Assembly (NCBI RefSeq): GCF_036321535.1
Contig: NC_087451.1
Coordinates: 15,500,001-15,564,000 of the forward strand
Direction: 5' to 3'
Source of the DNA: Camelus dromedarius
Taxonomy: Eukaryota
Length of the DNA: 64,000 nucleotides
The translations under genes and the position numbers were made by a program. The number at the start of each line of letters is the position of its first letter. The stretch's first letter is position 1. The notes under the pieces were generated by a model, which made no database searches, was not told where the DNA came from, and saw nothing but the letters and a program-made list of their open reading frames with translations. This document shows, piece by piece, positions 1 through 12,997 of the stretch.

Positions 1-261
1 CCTGATCCCAGGACCCCGTCTCCGCTGCCACTCTGAGTGCCATCTCATCAGACCTGGTGCTAAGAGGGATCCCCTCAGCTATATCTTCCCCCCACAGGCA
101 AACTAGGAGAACAGGAGATGCCTGCAGCCTTTGCACCAGGGACCCCTAGCTCTGCTACTGCCACCCACAGGGCCCCCACAGTCTTTGCCAATGTTGACTT
201 CAGCAGTGGGAGCGACCTCAACTAATGTGCTTCTGCACAGCAGAGGAAGAAATCAATTAAT

Positions 262-1388
262 TGCAGAGGCAACATACAGAAGGGGAGAAAATATTCGCAA
301 ACCGTGTATCTGATAAAGGGGTTAATATTCAAATTATACAGCAAACTCATACAACACATTACCAAAAAAAGCAAAAAATCCAATTTTAAAAATGAGCAAA
401 GGACCTGAATAAACATTTCCCCAAAGATAGCCAAGTGGCCAAGAGGTACATGAAAAGATGCTCAACATCATTAATCATCAGGAAAATGCAAATCAAAACC
501 ACAATGAGATGTTACCTCACACTTGTTCAGAATGGCTATTATCAAAATGACAGCAAGTAACAAGTGTGGGCAAGGTTGTGGAGAACNNNNNNNNNNNNNN
601 NNNNNNNNNNNNNNNNNNNNNNNNNNNNNNNNNNNNNNNNNNNNNNNNNNNNNNNNNNNNNNNNNNNNNNNNNNNNNNNNNNNNNNNNNNNNNNNNNNNN
701 NNNNNNNNNNNNNNNNNNNNNNNNNNNNNNNNNNNCCATCTCAAAAAGGTATCTGTACTCCCATGCTTACCANNNNNNNNNNNNNNNNNNNNNNNNNNNN
801 NNNNNNNNNNNNNNNNNNNNNNNNNNNNNNNNNNNNNNNNNNNNNNNNNNNNNNNNNNNNNNNNNNNNNNNNNNNNNNNNNNNNNNNNNNNNNNNNNNNN
901 NNNNNNNNNNNNNNNNNNNNNNGAAGGAACTCTTGTCACTTTTGACACCATGGATGAAATTTGGTGGCTTTATACTCAGTGATATCAGCCAGTCAGAGAA
1001 AAACAAATTCTATATTGTATCACTTGTATGTGGAACTAGGGGGAGAGGGAAGTGGGGAGATGTGGATCAAAGGGTGCCAACTTTTAGTTATTAGATGAAG
1101 AAGTTCTGAGGGTCTAATATACAGCCTGGTGATTATAGTTAATAATAGAGTATAATATACTTGAAATTTGCTAAGAGTAGATCTTAAGCATTCTCATCAG
1201 AAAAAAGAGTTACTTATGTGAGTGATGGTTGTGTTAATTATCTTGATCCTGGTAATCATTTTATATACACACACACACACATACATATTTATATACATAC
1301 ATGTATATGTATGTATATATGTATATAACACTTTAAATATGTGTGATTGTATTTGTCAGTTATTCCTCAATAAATATAAAAAAAATTA
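262..1388 (+). mobile_element. 5'-truncated L1 (L1MA/MB-type ORF2 end and 3' UTR), containing two N gaps and a (CA)n/(TA)n microsatellite at ~1262-1326
   Basis: Typical L1 3' motifs (ggagaaaatattcgcaaacc, gatgctcaacatcattaatcatcaggaaaatgcaaatcaaaaccacaatgaga); ends in aataaa plus an A-rich tail at ~1369-1388. Confidence 0.85.
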
Positions 1389-1416
1389 AATTCTCAGTGG
1401 GGAAATACCAGTGGAT

Positions 1417-2528
1417 TGTATTAGTTAGCTCAGGCCTCTAAAACAAAACATCATAAACTGGCTGATTTAAACAGCAGAAAATTATTTCCTCACAGTTCTG
1501 GAGGCTGCTGTCTGAGACCAGGGCACCAGTGTCGTCAGGTTCTGGTGAGGGCTCTCCTCCTGGCTTGCTGGGGGCCACCTTCCCAGTGTGTCCTCATATG
1601 GCAAAGTGTTCTCTCTGCCTCTTTCTCTCTAATAAGCCTACAGGCCTATTGAATTAAGGCCCCCCCCCCAATTTAACCTTAATTACTTCTTAAAATAACC
1701 CATTAGTACTTCCCAATTAATCTCATCTAACCTTAATTACTTTCTTTTTTTTAATTGAAGTATAACTGATTTACAATGTTGTGTTAGTTTCTAGTGTACA
1801 GCATAGTGATTCAGTTATACATATATATATATGCTCTTTTTTACTATAGGTTTTCACAAGTTATTGAATATAGTTTCCTGTGCCATACAGTTAAGTTCTT
1901 GTCATTTAACTATTCTGTATAAAGTAGTTTGTATCTGCTAATCCCAAACTCCCAATTTATTCCTCCCCTCCTTTCCCTTTCGGTAAGCATAAGTTTGTTT
2001 TCTATGTCTGTGAGTCTGTTTTGTAAATAAGTTCATTTGTGTCTTTTTTTTAGATTCCACATATAAGTGATATCATAGATTTGTCTTTCTCTGTCTGACT
2101 TACTTCACTTAGTGAGATAATCTCTAGGTCCATTCATGTTGCTGCAAAAGGCATTTTTAATTTTTTTATGGCTGAGTAGTATTCCATTGTATATACATAT
2201 ATACTACATCTTCTTTATCCAGTCATCTGTTGCTGGATATTTAGGTTGCTTCTGTATCTTGACTATGGCCAAAATAATGCTGCTATGAACATTGGGGTGC
2301 ATGTATCTTTTTGAATTGGAGTTTTCTCCAGATATATGCCCAGGAGTGGGATTGCTAGATCATATGGTAACTCTATTCTTAGTTTTTTAAGGAACTTCCA
2401 TGCTGTTTTCTATAGTGGCTGCAGTAACCTCACTTACTTTCTAAAGACTCTATCTCCAGATACGGTCATATTGAGGGTTTAGAGCTTCAACATATGAATT
2501 TTGGTGGGACACAGTTCAGTCCAAATCA
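1417..2528 (-). mobile_element. MaLR solo LTR (MLT1A0/MLT1B-like), split by an L1 insertion
   Basis: TG...CA termini; perfect 5-bp TSD tggat at 1412-1416 and 2529-2533; reverse complement begins like the MLT1B consensus (ggactgaactgtgtcccaccaaaattcatatgttgaagc). Confidence 0.85.
1746..2424 (-). mobile_element. Cetartiodactyl-type L1 3' end inserted in the MLT1 LTR
   Basis: Poly(T) head followed by aattgaagtataactgatttacaatgttgtg; flanked by taaccttaattactttct (1728-1745) and taacctcacttactttct (2425-2442), 16/18 identical. Confidence 0.85.
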
Positions 2529-3823
2529 TGGATAATAAACATTTGAAAATATATACAACCTATGTGAACATCAAAGAAATGCATATCAAAATATTAATTG
2601 GTAATTTTCAACCATTATATTATGAAAAATTAGAAGAATTTATTTATAACAACTATGGTTGACAAAAGTATGGGGATGAAGAGATTTCATTCACGATTGG
2701 AATGATAAAATAGTGCAAACTTTTTTGTAGAATAACAGGCAAATGCATATTAAAAATCAAAATTTTTATTTTACTTAACTTGGGAATTTTATTAATTAGA
2801 ACTTACCTTGTGGAAATGCTTTCAGGATAACACAAACACACCTTTAAAGAATATTTTTTCATCATTGGTCATCTTTGCAATAAATCTAGAAACAGCCTAA
2901 ACTCCATCAAATGGAATATGGTTAATTAAATTATGATTAGCTCATAAATGAACACTAGGCAGTCATTAAAATGGATAAGATAAGTTTTTACATGTCGGAG
3001 AGGTAAAAAAAGTCTACTGTGTAATGTGTAAACAAAAAACATGACGTACGTGCCTCTACTGATATGAAATATGCATAAACGTATTTATATTGCTACAAAA
3101 ACAGAAGAGTAAGCACCAAATTCTTAACAGTAGTTTCTTCTGGAAAATTGAGTTATGAAGGATGAGGACAGAGAGCCTGATGTTTTTGACTTTAACTCTT
3201 CACTCGTAAAATTTTGTTTTGTTTTCATTTTTATAAACATAATTTCTAATGAAAAAATTTAGACCAATGGATATTTCCATTTTAGGAAAAATAAAAAGAA
3301 ATACCAAAGGAAATACAAAGTCTCCACTGTTAAAAACCCTAGAATCTTGTCATGTAGACAGGGTACTGGAAATCAGTGTCTCAAATTATACTGTACTAGG
3401 TCTGGATTCTCGTGTGGGATCTTTGGGTAAAAGCAGGCTGAGGACGCTGCTGTCAGAGGAAGCCTGAGGGGAGGATGTGCTAACACTTGGCACCAGGCTG
3501 TGATTTTCCATATTCCAGTCAGGATAAAATCTCTGCTGGTGGATTTTTGGGGACCCCGGTAGGGAAAAAAAGGGTACTTCCTATAGGACCGTGAGCCTTC
3601 CAGGATACAGAGCTTCCTGGGTTCCACCTCCATCTGGAGTGGGACAGGTAGGTAGGACAATTGACAACTAGCCAAGGGTTCTGGTCTACAGAACCTGCAT
3701 TCCTATTATCAGCTGGAGCCTTTTTGGGGAACAAGAAGTCTCACTTCCTAACAAAAGTCATCTTGCTCAAGATCTAAAAAGGACAAGGACACTTGCTATG
3801 GTTACAAACCCCTGAGCCATCCT

Positions 3824-4771
3824 TCACACAAGGGCTCGCTTCCCTGTGAGCACTCGCTGCAGGGCGCCCTGCACATCAGGGTTCCGGAGGCTGTAGATGA
3901 CTGGGTTCAGCATGGGGCTGATGACAGTGTTGAGGATGCCAATCCCCTTGTCCTTGTCCGAAGCCTCCACTGAGCCCAGCCTCATGTAGCTGAAGACACC
4001 TGTGCCATAGAAGATGCCCACCATGGTGAGGTGGGAGCCACACGTGGAGAAGGCTTTCTTCCTGCCCTCTGCAGAGCGGATCCGCAGGACTGCAGCTGCC
4101 ACATGGATGTAGGAGGTGACAGTGAGAATCACAGGTGCACCTGCCATGAGGATACCCAGACCAAAGAGCAGCAGCTCATTGAGTTGGGTGCTGGAGCAGG
4201 AGAGCTGGAAGAGCTGTGGGAGGTCACAGTAGAAGTGGTTGATCACATTGGGACCACAGAAGTTGAGTGTGGATATAGCTACAGTGTGGGTCAGTGCATT
4301 GCTGAAGGCACAAGCCCAGGACACAGCCACCAATATCCTCTGGACTGTCTGGCTCATGTGGGTGCTATAGGTGAGGGGCCGGCAGATGGCCAGGAATCGG
4401 TCATAAGCCATGGCTGTCAACAGGTAGCAGTCCACCCCAGCTAGCTGATGGAAGAAGAAAAGCTGTGTGAGGCAGGCTGCATAGGGAACTGTGTGCTTGT
4501 GGGACAAGAGACGAACCAACATGGAGGGAACGGTGACGGTGATGCACCCAATGTCCAGCACTGATAGGTTCCCCAGGAAGAAGTACATGGGCTTGTGGAG
4601 TTTGGGTTCCACCAAGATGGCTGCCAGGATGCTGAGGTTGCCCCCGACCGTGACCAGGTAGGCAAGGAGGAAGAGAACAAAGACAGCTGGCCTCAGCTCT
4701 GGTGTCTCCACCAAGCCCAGCAGGACAAACTCGGTAACAGCTGTTCCACTGGCCCCAGGTTCTGGCTCCAT
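3824..4771 (-). CDS. OR3A: Olfactory receptor, family 3A (OR3A1/2/3-like N-terminal two thirds, OR3A4-like TM6-TM7), 315 aa, intact ORF
   Basis: [32 protein letters not shown] and [12 protein letters not shown] motifs; splice acceptor cttcttacag 6 nt upstream of the ATG. Confidence 0.97.
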   Translation of the reverse strand: MEPEPGASGTAVTEFVLLGLVETPELRPAVFVLFLLAYLVTVGGNLSILAAILVEPKLHKPMYFFLGNLSVLDIGCITVTVPSMLVRLLSHKHTVPYAACLTQLFFFHQLAGVDCYLLTAMAYDRFLAICRPLTYSTHMSQTVQRILVAVSWACAFSNALTHTVAISTLNFCGPNVINHFYCDLPQLFQLSCSSTQLNELLLFGLGILMAGAPVILTVTSYIHVAAAVLRIRSAEGRKKAFSTCGSHLTMVGIFYGTGVFSYMRLGSVEASDKDKGIGILNTVISPMLNPVIYSLRNPDVQGALQRVLTGKRALV

Positions 4772-6025
4772 GGGTCCCTGTAAGAAGACATCCCATAGTG
4801 GAAGGGATCAGTCTTCCCAATTTAGTTGTTCGGTAAGAATATAATTGACTCACTTGCACATGTCAAGACCCAGGGTAAATCCCCACGTGTCCTAGTGAGT
4901 ATTTTCCCTCTCAGGCCACACCTCACTCATTAACCCTCTCTGTCTTCACCTAGAGTCCTTACCCAGCTTCCAGGTGAGTTGCCTGATGCCACGACTACCT
5001 TGGACTTCCCCCCTTCCTCATGAAGGTACATAAATCCTTTCTTCCTTTGTTCCCTAGAATCAAGCAAAGAAGTCCTCCCACCAACAACCTGTATGAGAAG
5101 ATTGGGGAAAACATAATGCTAAAGTAAAAATGGACAGATAGTCAAATAGAAAGGGACAGAATTGATCAGAAGTCCTTTAAATTTAAAGAAATACATATCT
5201 GGCCAATATCTAAGCAAAAAAAATGTAAAGATACACAAAATTAGGAATTGAAAAGTTCAAAAATTAATCAAAGAATCTTGGAATACTATCTGCTCCTAAG
5301 TTCAAACAATGAATAAATAAACTAGCTATAACTGAAAATAAAATGGAAAAAGTAGTAGATCATGTACTTCCACTTGTAGGCTCCAAGCTCATATACTTCT
5401 TAGACAAATTTTTTTTAAGAATTATAATGTAATATAAGCTTTTCTTAACTTAGAAAAAAATGAAAGCCTTCTAATTTATATCTTTGAAGTTAGCAAATCC
5501 TGATGCTAAAATGTAACAATGATAGCAAAAAAAAAAAAAGGAATTATTCTACACCACCCTCATTGGATAACAATGTATGGAAAAATCCTAAGTACAATAT
5601 AGGAATCCACATTATCTAATAGATTTTATAGGAGAGGATTGTTTAATAATAGCAAATTTATTAATATACGATAGCATATACTTTAGCTTAAAAAGAGGAA
5701 CATTTTCTAAAAAGGCAGTTCACAAACATTGACATACTTTCCTGATGTAGAGAAAATAGAGAAAAAATGTGCGTGGTTACTTGAAGCGAGTGTGTAGTTA
5801 CACCATTTCACGTGGCAGGCCACGTCTGCTGCAGATCTGAATCATTCATGATGGTGAAGTAGTAGTGATTTTTCTATTAAAATCAGGAGCAAGGAAAGCA
5901 ATGACCTTTGTTACTTCAAGTATTTCTCATTACTCTGAAAGCTTTAGGCAAAATAAAAATTAAATGCTTAAATAATGGAAGAAAAAAGAGCAGAGAGCAG
6001 AAGGGGCACCCGGGAGCACGCTCAC

Positions 6026-6100
6026 CTTGTTACAGGTGCAGAAGCCAGAGAGTGTTCTGACGGAGGAAAGTGAAGCGGGCGCAGCTCTGTGCGGGCCCTA
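6026..6100 (-). other. Predicted non-coding first exon of the 3824-4771 OR3A gene (intron 4778-6025)
   Basis: Strong donor AAG|GTGAGC at 6026/6025. TSS is inferred ~25-30 nt downstream of a TATA-like TTATAT at 6132-6127, so the 5' end is approximate. Confidence 0.6.
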
Positions 6101-6126
6101 GCCCCGGAGAGCAAGGAAGGGGCCAC

Positions 6127-6230
6127 ATATAAGGAAACGGGTGAGAGAGAGATGAGATCAGCTCTGTTGTGAGCTGCTGCCCGTTGCAGTGCCATCCCTG
6201 GGGACCTCAGAAATTAGCCCTCCCAGGGAG
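6127..6230 (-). promoter_or_regulatory. OR promoter: O/E (EBF) site, homeodomain site CTAATT, O/E site, TATA-like
   Basis: tccctgggga 6195-6204, aattag 6212-6217, tcccaggga 6221-6229; 22/24 identical to a module upstream of OR3A4 (11411-11434). Confidence 0.75.
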
Positions 6231-6889
6231 GGTCGAGGGCCTGGGGAACCACAGACCAGTAAACAAGCCCAGGTCTCTGGTGAGTCCAGTAATGATGCTT
6301 CACGGCTTTGTGATGCTTTTGATTTTCTCACAAAAGGCCAACTCTTCTTCACCGCTCATACTGGCTCCGTGGGGTAACTAGAAGGGGTTATTAATCGCGT
6401 TCATCACACACTCAGGGCAATGAGGTCCTGAGAGGCTCCTGAAGTCACCCATGGAAGCGAATGGTGGAGCTGGAACTGGACCAGAGTCCAGACTGAGAGC
6501 TTTGCTCTCCCAGACCCCTGGCTTAAAGAAAGAAGAGCTTTGAGCAGAGAGCCGCTGACTTCCAGGCCTGCCTAGAGCTGGGGATGAGATGAGGCACAAG
6601 AAAGAAGACAAGGGGGAGAAGCCTGCTGCAAACTCAGTTTCCTAATGAGCCCTCAGAATGCGGTGCCTTCTCCCTCAAGACCTTGTTAGTAGGGGCCACT
6701 GGGACCACATCTTGGGGGTCCCCTAATGATTCTGAAAGTGGCAATAGAAGAACCGAGTTGTGTTATGCCCACCATAATGGAGAAGTGCACTTCCTTAGCT
6801 GTAGGACCCCCTACTCCTCATATCTGCCAGGGCAGCCTGGTGCAGTATTGAAAAGCATGGACATGGTCTCCAGTCAGACTCATTTGTCC

Positions 6890-7230
6890 AGCTATTAGTG
6901 GTGTGACTTAGGACCCGCTGCTGAACACCTGTGGGCTTCAGTTTCCTCATCTGTGAAATGAGAACAACATCTGGACCCCTCAGAGTCGGTCTGAGACTTA
7001 AAAAGGAAATAGCATGCTTCAAGTCCTTGGCAGGGAATCAGCAAATATTAATAATACTAAAATAGCAATCATTAATATTTTCTGTGTTTTAGTACATTAG
7101 CTTAGTTGATCTTCCTAATAACTCTTTGATGTAGCTTCGTTATTTGCCCCACTTTGCAGAGGAGGAAACTGAGGCTCAGCAATGTCGTATATCTAGGATG
7201 TAACTAGAGCTGGAACTCAAACCCCGTAAT
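6890..7230. mobile_element. Two MIR SINE fragments in opposite orientation
   Basis: MIR core cagtttcctcatctgtgaaatg (+, ~6940-6960) and gaggaaactgaggctcag (-, ~7163-7180). Confidence 0.75.
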
Positions 7231-7719
7231 GTGGTTTTACCAACTTCCTTTAAAACTTTCCATCCTCTCTTCTTCCAACTACTTCAGAAAGCAACTGTTG
7301 CCACATCTACACCCCTGTGACTCTGTCTCTGCCATCGAGATGTACTCTGATGTTAGTGCCAATCTTTTCCACCTCCTTCATGGTCAGGTAATATCCACTT
7401 ACAGGATATTAGTCAATTGGGAAAGATTAGTGGCATATTTTCGCCTTCAGATGCTTGCTGTCCATCTTACAACGTGCCTAGTGTCTGTAATACAGTGGAT
7501 GAGTCCAAGAATCCACGTCAAAGCTGTGCTCATCCTGTCCCTGCCCAGTCCTCACCTCCGGACTCTAATTCTAATTAAAAGCTGCTACCATCCAGAGTAT
7601 GTCTCTCCTACTGTCTCACTAAAACAGCTCCTGTCTGCCCCACAAGGCATCATAACATGTTTCAAAGGTACAGTCATTAAGACTGTGTCCTATTTTTGAG
7701 CAAAATTAGAGAAATGAAC

Positions 7720-8860
7720 CAAAAGAACAAATTAGAGAATTTGGAAATAATATGTGGGAATTTGGTATGTGACATGGGGGAGCCAACAGAGCAGTAGGGG
7801 AAAGGACAGGCCTTTCAGTAAACAATGCTGGGGCAATGGATATCCATAGGAAAAAATGACATTAGCCGTCTTTCTCACTCCTTGCACGAAAATCAGTTTC
7901 AGGTAGACAAGATACTTATACTGAAGATTAAAAATGTCAAACTGTGGAAATAGTCTATGGAATATCTTCATGATCTTCTAGGAGCTCAATCATTCTTAAA
8001 GAAGTCCAACAAGCATTGATCATTTTTAAAAGACTGAGAAATTTGCTTGCATTAAAATTTAAAATCTCTGTTCATCATAGGGCAACTTTTTAAAAGTGAA
8101 AAGACAGTTACAAATGCAAAGACATTTGCATCACATATAGCTGTCCTGGAGTATCCAAAATATATCTAAGACTTCTGCAACCAACAAGAAAAATACAAGG
8201 GATCCAGCAGAAAATAGGTTAAAGACATGAAGGAGGATTTCACAGAAGAGGAAGGGAATTTAGGAAAGGAAGTTCAGCCCTATTTGTGATCTAGCAAATG
8301 CAAATCAAAATCACACTGGAGACACCATTTCACGTTCACTGTATTGGTCTGAATGAAGAAATGAGGTAACAAGTTTTGATGAGAATATAGAGTTTTAAAA
8401 AATATTGTACACAACTGGTCAGACCATAAAGTGGTACAAGCACTTTCAGAAACAATTTGATTTTATCCTTTAAATCTGAAGGTGCATGAATTCCATTTCT
8501 AAATAGTGGCCATAGAGAAATTCTTGCATGTGTGCACCAAGAGATGTGTACCGGAGTGTTCACAGAAGAAAAATACCTTCAAATAGAAAAGAAATGATAA
8601 ACTGTGGTGTATTCATCCCATGCAATGCTAAACAACCTTAAAAAGTAAACGAGCAACAGTTGTGGACACTAATAGAATGACACAAACATAATAATAAGTG
8701 AAACAATCAGGTCAAAGAGGAATAACTATTGAGCAATCTCATTTATAAAGACCAAATACAATGGCAAAATCCAGATGATGGGCATGTGGGTGTTCCCTGT
8801 ATAATTATTTGAACTTTATTGTGTGCTTGAAATTTTTTACAATAAAATGTTAGGGAAAAA
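7720..8860 (+). mobile_element. Old L1 (L1ME-type) ORF2 3' end/3' UTR
   Basis: Decayed motifs such as cagtaaacaatgctggggcaatggatatccatagg and gcaaatgcaaatcaaaatcacactggagacacc. Confidence 0.7.
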
Positions 8861-11397
8861 TAGTCTGCCATTAAATAGAGGACCTGGCTACACATCTTGT
8901 TATCAAATATACCAGTTTTTATAACCTTTGTAACCACTTCTAGGAATCTGTCCTAAATGTAGAAGAGCAAAAATGAGGGAAATTTTAAGTAACTTACATA
9001 CCTACCAATAAAGGAATAATCAAGAAAACTTTATATTCACCATCGCTTTATTGCAACTCTCTCTTATTTGACCTAGTATGAGTCTGGAGGGGAGGCTAGG
9101 GAGGGAATGGCACCTGGAGATGAGCTCTCCTGTGACATTCTACCCATTGTCCTTGGACTTGGGCGTATCCACTCACTCTGCCCTCTTCCCGGAAGCTCCA
9201 CCGTCCCTCACGTAAATGGACCTCAGTGGGACCCTCCCATCACTGCCATCTTCATCTCAATTCTAAGGCGAATTAACTTTCATTCTCAAGCTGAGAATAC
9301 CACTGCATATATCACATTTGTATATAAGTGTTTTATTTATGAAATACATTAAAAATAAAAGTGGAGGTGCAAAGTACTATTAATGAAATAAAAATAATCA
9401 GAAAGATACTGTAGACTTTTTCAGTTCTGCGGGGAGCTGAAGTCGGGCATTGCAGCAAGGTCATCCTGTTGAGTCACATCTGTATCACTACCACCTTAAA
9501 GTAAATATGGTGCAATTGTCATCATTAGCATCTGTCACCATCAGTCCCAGTATAAATTAAATGGTCTAAAAATGCAAGCAAAGTTGTTTTCCTACCAGCT
9601 GATCTCTATTTCATGAGGGCTTTGAATTGCCACATGCTTACATAATGAATCTTTTTTCTTTTCCTTGATAGTAAACTGAGTTAAAGTAACGTCTGTTAAC
9701 AAACAAGCCAATGTGCCCTGGAGCTGGTAACTCCTCTCAAAATAAGGATATAGGAGAAGAATATGAGTGGGGGGTAGGAAGAATACTTGTTTCCCCTGTC
9801 CCTTAGATAAAACATAAGCAACCTGCACTTTCTTCATGAGATGACAAGGAATCCAGTCTTGAAAATGTAGACTAGCAATGGATGAGACAAGATCCTTGCA
9901 CAAATTGGGGCTACAAACTACTCAGGACATAGGACAAAACTCAGAGATGCAGGGACTGGGTTGCATTATTATTTATAATGGTGGAAAATTGGAAACTAAA
10001 TACCCAGTGGTTAAGTAAATGTTGGCAAATGCAAATGATAGAATATTAGAAAGTCACAAAATTTTGAAGAATACATTATATTAAACTCAAAAAAAGTTGC
10101 AAATTAAATTGTATTCAATATCATGCCTTGTGTAAACAAACAAAAAGATTGTGTGTGTGTGTGTGTGCACCCTTTTGTAAATAGGGGGAAACATGATTTG
10201 GTTTTGTGCCTGTTGAACCTGAGGTTCCTGCAGGATGTTCATGTACAAATATCCAACACACAGTTAGGTATGAGAATCAACAGCTTAGCATCTGGGATGG
10301 AAATAAAAATGGAGGGTCGTCAGCATGCATTGCCTTTAGGTGCTATGGGAGTATAGAGGCAGGGCACCCAAGCCAGCCCAGGGGTGCATGCATGATTTCC
10401 TGGAAGAGAGAAGACCTGGGACAAATCTTCACGGACAGAGTTTCCTGAGTTAACAGGGTGTGAGAAAAGAAGACCTTCAAGGGGGAGAACACAGCCTTTG
10501 CTCTGTCAACAGGAGAATGTGCAGGAAAGGGTTCCATTTGGGCTCCGGAACCCAGAGGTTCCCTTCCGTGGACAGCTGTCAACAGAGTTCTCAGCTCATC
10601 CTAATTCCCTGCCAACTCCTTGCCATATGGCAGTCTTGAGACACTGTGAGGCTCTTCCATTGATCCTGCAAAGAACTTCTCTCAAACTTGCTGACGAGAG
10701 CCAGGGGGAAAGCTCCCTTAATTAACAAGGAATTGTTAATGGTTTTAGTTGATGCCTAAGGCCTCTTTGAGGAGTTAGCAAAAGTAGAGCAGTCCCTGTC
10801 TAGAAGTTATTCCAAATCTTTATTTTCCTCTATAGTGTTGGGGACATGAGGCTAGAAAACATTTAGGGTCAGGCTACTAGAGGGGCTGGAATTATACTAC
10901 AAAGCAGAGAAAGGGCAGGTTATTTCTTAGAGCAGGGAAGCTTGGTTTGAGGATGGTTATAATGAGCTGTGACGGGAGATGTGAGGTGACCTTGTGAGAT
11001 GATGGAGGGGATAAGATGAGGCAAATCTTGCCCCAGGCTCCACCCTCCTCTCAGCCCCACATTGCAGGCAAAGCTAGGATGTCACAAGTCCCTGCTCCTC
11101 CTCTCCCAAGGTAGTAGGTGCGGCTAAACCAGAAATCCAAAGTATCAACTCCATCCCCAAAACACTGTGACCTTTACTGCATTTTAAGACTTTCTGAGAT
11201 TCATTTTAACTCCGTGAAGTGCTGATAACAAATGCCGGTCCATAGCAAGTGCTCAAAAATATTTCTGTTAAATAAATGAATTTTGCCATATCCATGAAGG
11301 TCATACTTGAAAACATTTTAAGAAAATCCAAAACATTTAAAAGAAACTAAAGATAATTATGTCTGTGGCAAAACCAAGTATTTATCTGGCCCTGGCT

Positions 11398-11516
11398 CCT
11401 CCTGGAAGATGCTAATTTCTGAGGCCCCCAGGGGTAACAATCGGGTGGAGAAAAATCCCAGAGTGAGGATGATGTCAGCTGAGTTGTTTGTCTCTTTGTC
11501 TTTCTGTTCTTTATAA
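11398..11516 (+). promoter_or_regulatory. OR3A4 promoter: O/E, homeodomain, O/E, CAGCTG, TATA-like
   Basis: cctggaag (reverse YYYCARRRR), gctaatt 11411-11417, ccccagggg 11426-11434, tttataa 11510-11516. Confidence 0.72.
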
Positions 11517-11539
11517 GCTACCCTGATGTGGAGGTCTGT

Positions 11540-11594
11540 GGGCCAGCATGACTGTCCCTCCTCTTTGCCCAAGAAGTGTCCGCCCCTTGACTTG
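11540..11594 (+). other. Predicted non-coding first exon of OR3A4 (intron 11595-13280)
   Basis: Donor TTG|GTAAGT at 11594/11595; acceptor ttctcctgcag ending at 13280, 13 nt before the ATG. The 5' end is inferred from the TATA. Confidence 0.6.
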
Positions 11595-12997
11595 GTAAGT
11601 GCCATCTCAAGGCCCCTCGCTGCACGCTCCCAACTTGGTTTCCATAATTCAAGTGAAGTTCATCCTCTGGGCTCTGGAATGTATTCTCCCTTCTCCTGAA
11701 AGATCCAGTTGGACGCGGCTGCTTGAATGTGTGGGTTAGAGACAGGGAGGAGTCAGTGATAACTCAGGTTTAAAACCTCCTACCTGGAGGAGGGCAAGGC
11801 TGTTAGCAAAATAGTTAAGTCAAGAGCAGATTGAGAATGAAGACCAGTTCAGATCTGGAGAGACTGGGGTGATGGTCAGAACATGTCCATGCAGAAAAAG
11901 CTAAGCCATTAGATGGTGCAGTTAACCCATTGTGGACTTGAGGACATTATTCTAAACATTAATCATCAGAAAACATTTTCCTCTGCTCAAGCCTTTTGCT
12001 CCCTGGGGAGCTCCAACTCCAGCCTCTTCCTGTTGGGAGTAGACTCCATGTGAGTTACTTAAAGATCTATCCCTCAGCCGGAGGTCAAGGTGGATCACTG
12101 TGTGTTTTATTGGTGTGACCACTAAGGGCTGGGGAAAGGAAAGCGTTATCTCAGTGATCACGTGTGTGTGTGTGTGTGTGCAGGTCACAGCATCGTAAAA
12201 GCCTTATTTGCTCATCAGATCCATGATAGGATGTGTGTTGGATGATGTGCAATTTGACTCAAGAAACAGAAGAGCAAAAAGGCAAGTGATGGTGGAGTTG
12301 GAAGCAGAAGGGAACTCGGTTCTGGTATCTGCTTATCGGGCGTGTGAGAGAGAGCTTCACTGGGCATCTAGGGAGGCAGCTCAGGAGGTATCCACTAAAC
12401 CCACCTGGAGCTTAAGCCTGGAAACTCATGCTGTTCAAAACTCCTTTTACATTTTTCTTATTCAGTGAAAGGTCAGTACTGTGGAGCCCAAATTTCCTAG
12501 ACTCTGTATGGAAAAATGCAATATAATCTTATTATTTAGAACTTCTAAAAGGCTGATAGTCACCATCTATGGAGCTGGAAATGTGCCCAATGATATCCCC
12601 TCATTCAGTTTCACAGTTTTTTTCCTGAAAAGTCCAGACTAAGTCTCATGGCTTCACAGGTTCATCTCTTAATAGTCTGGGCGATTGTAGGCATCTGACC
12701 ACTGCCATCACATATGTTGACAAGTGTACATGCAGACTGCAGGGACACAGGGTTGAGGAGAGCCCGTTTTCTCCCACCCTTCCTCTGAAGCCTCCATTCC
12801 AACCCCTGGGATCTTACATACCCAAATTGTGGCCACACCACCATGGCTTGGAATTTTCTTCTTGGCATTTTGGTTTCAGGAAAAAGAATCTTCCCCTTTC
12901 ACTTTCAAAGATTACATTTGTTTCCCTTTTTATGTCAATTCATCGATCTCTGTTTGAGTCTGTCCAACGCCCTGTTCCAATCCATTAAGAGTCAGAT

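Noticed and set aside
517-1094. Long ORFs rich in X here and at 36481-36797, 59842-60264 and 63033-63865
   Set aside because: Artefacts of N runs, which contain no stop codons, inside L1 3' ends.
4031-4859. ORFs of 62-152 aa overlapping the first OR3A gene, and similar ones over every OR (for example 40041-40571 and 53808-54212)
   Set aside because: These are alternative-frame or antisense shadows of GC-rich OR coding sequence, with no independent protein signature.
5754-5880. ~110-bp CpG-containing segment between imperfect inverted A/T-rich repeats
   Set aside because: The repeats are low-complexity and imperfect, and no TSD or family identity is evident.
7229-7699. 156-aa ORF
   Set aside because: Starts at TGT/ATG in MIR-adjacent, L2-like sequence, with no recognisable domain.
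10700-10740. gccaggggga plus ttaattaa as a candidate OR enhancer
   Set aside because: One weak O/E match and one homeodomain site are expected by chance, and no paralogous conservation was seen.
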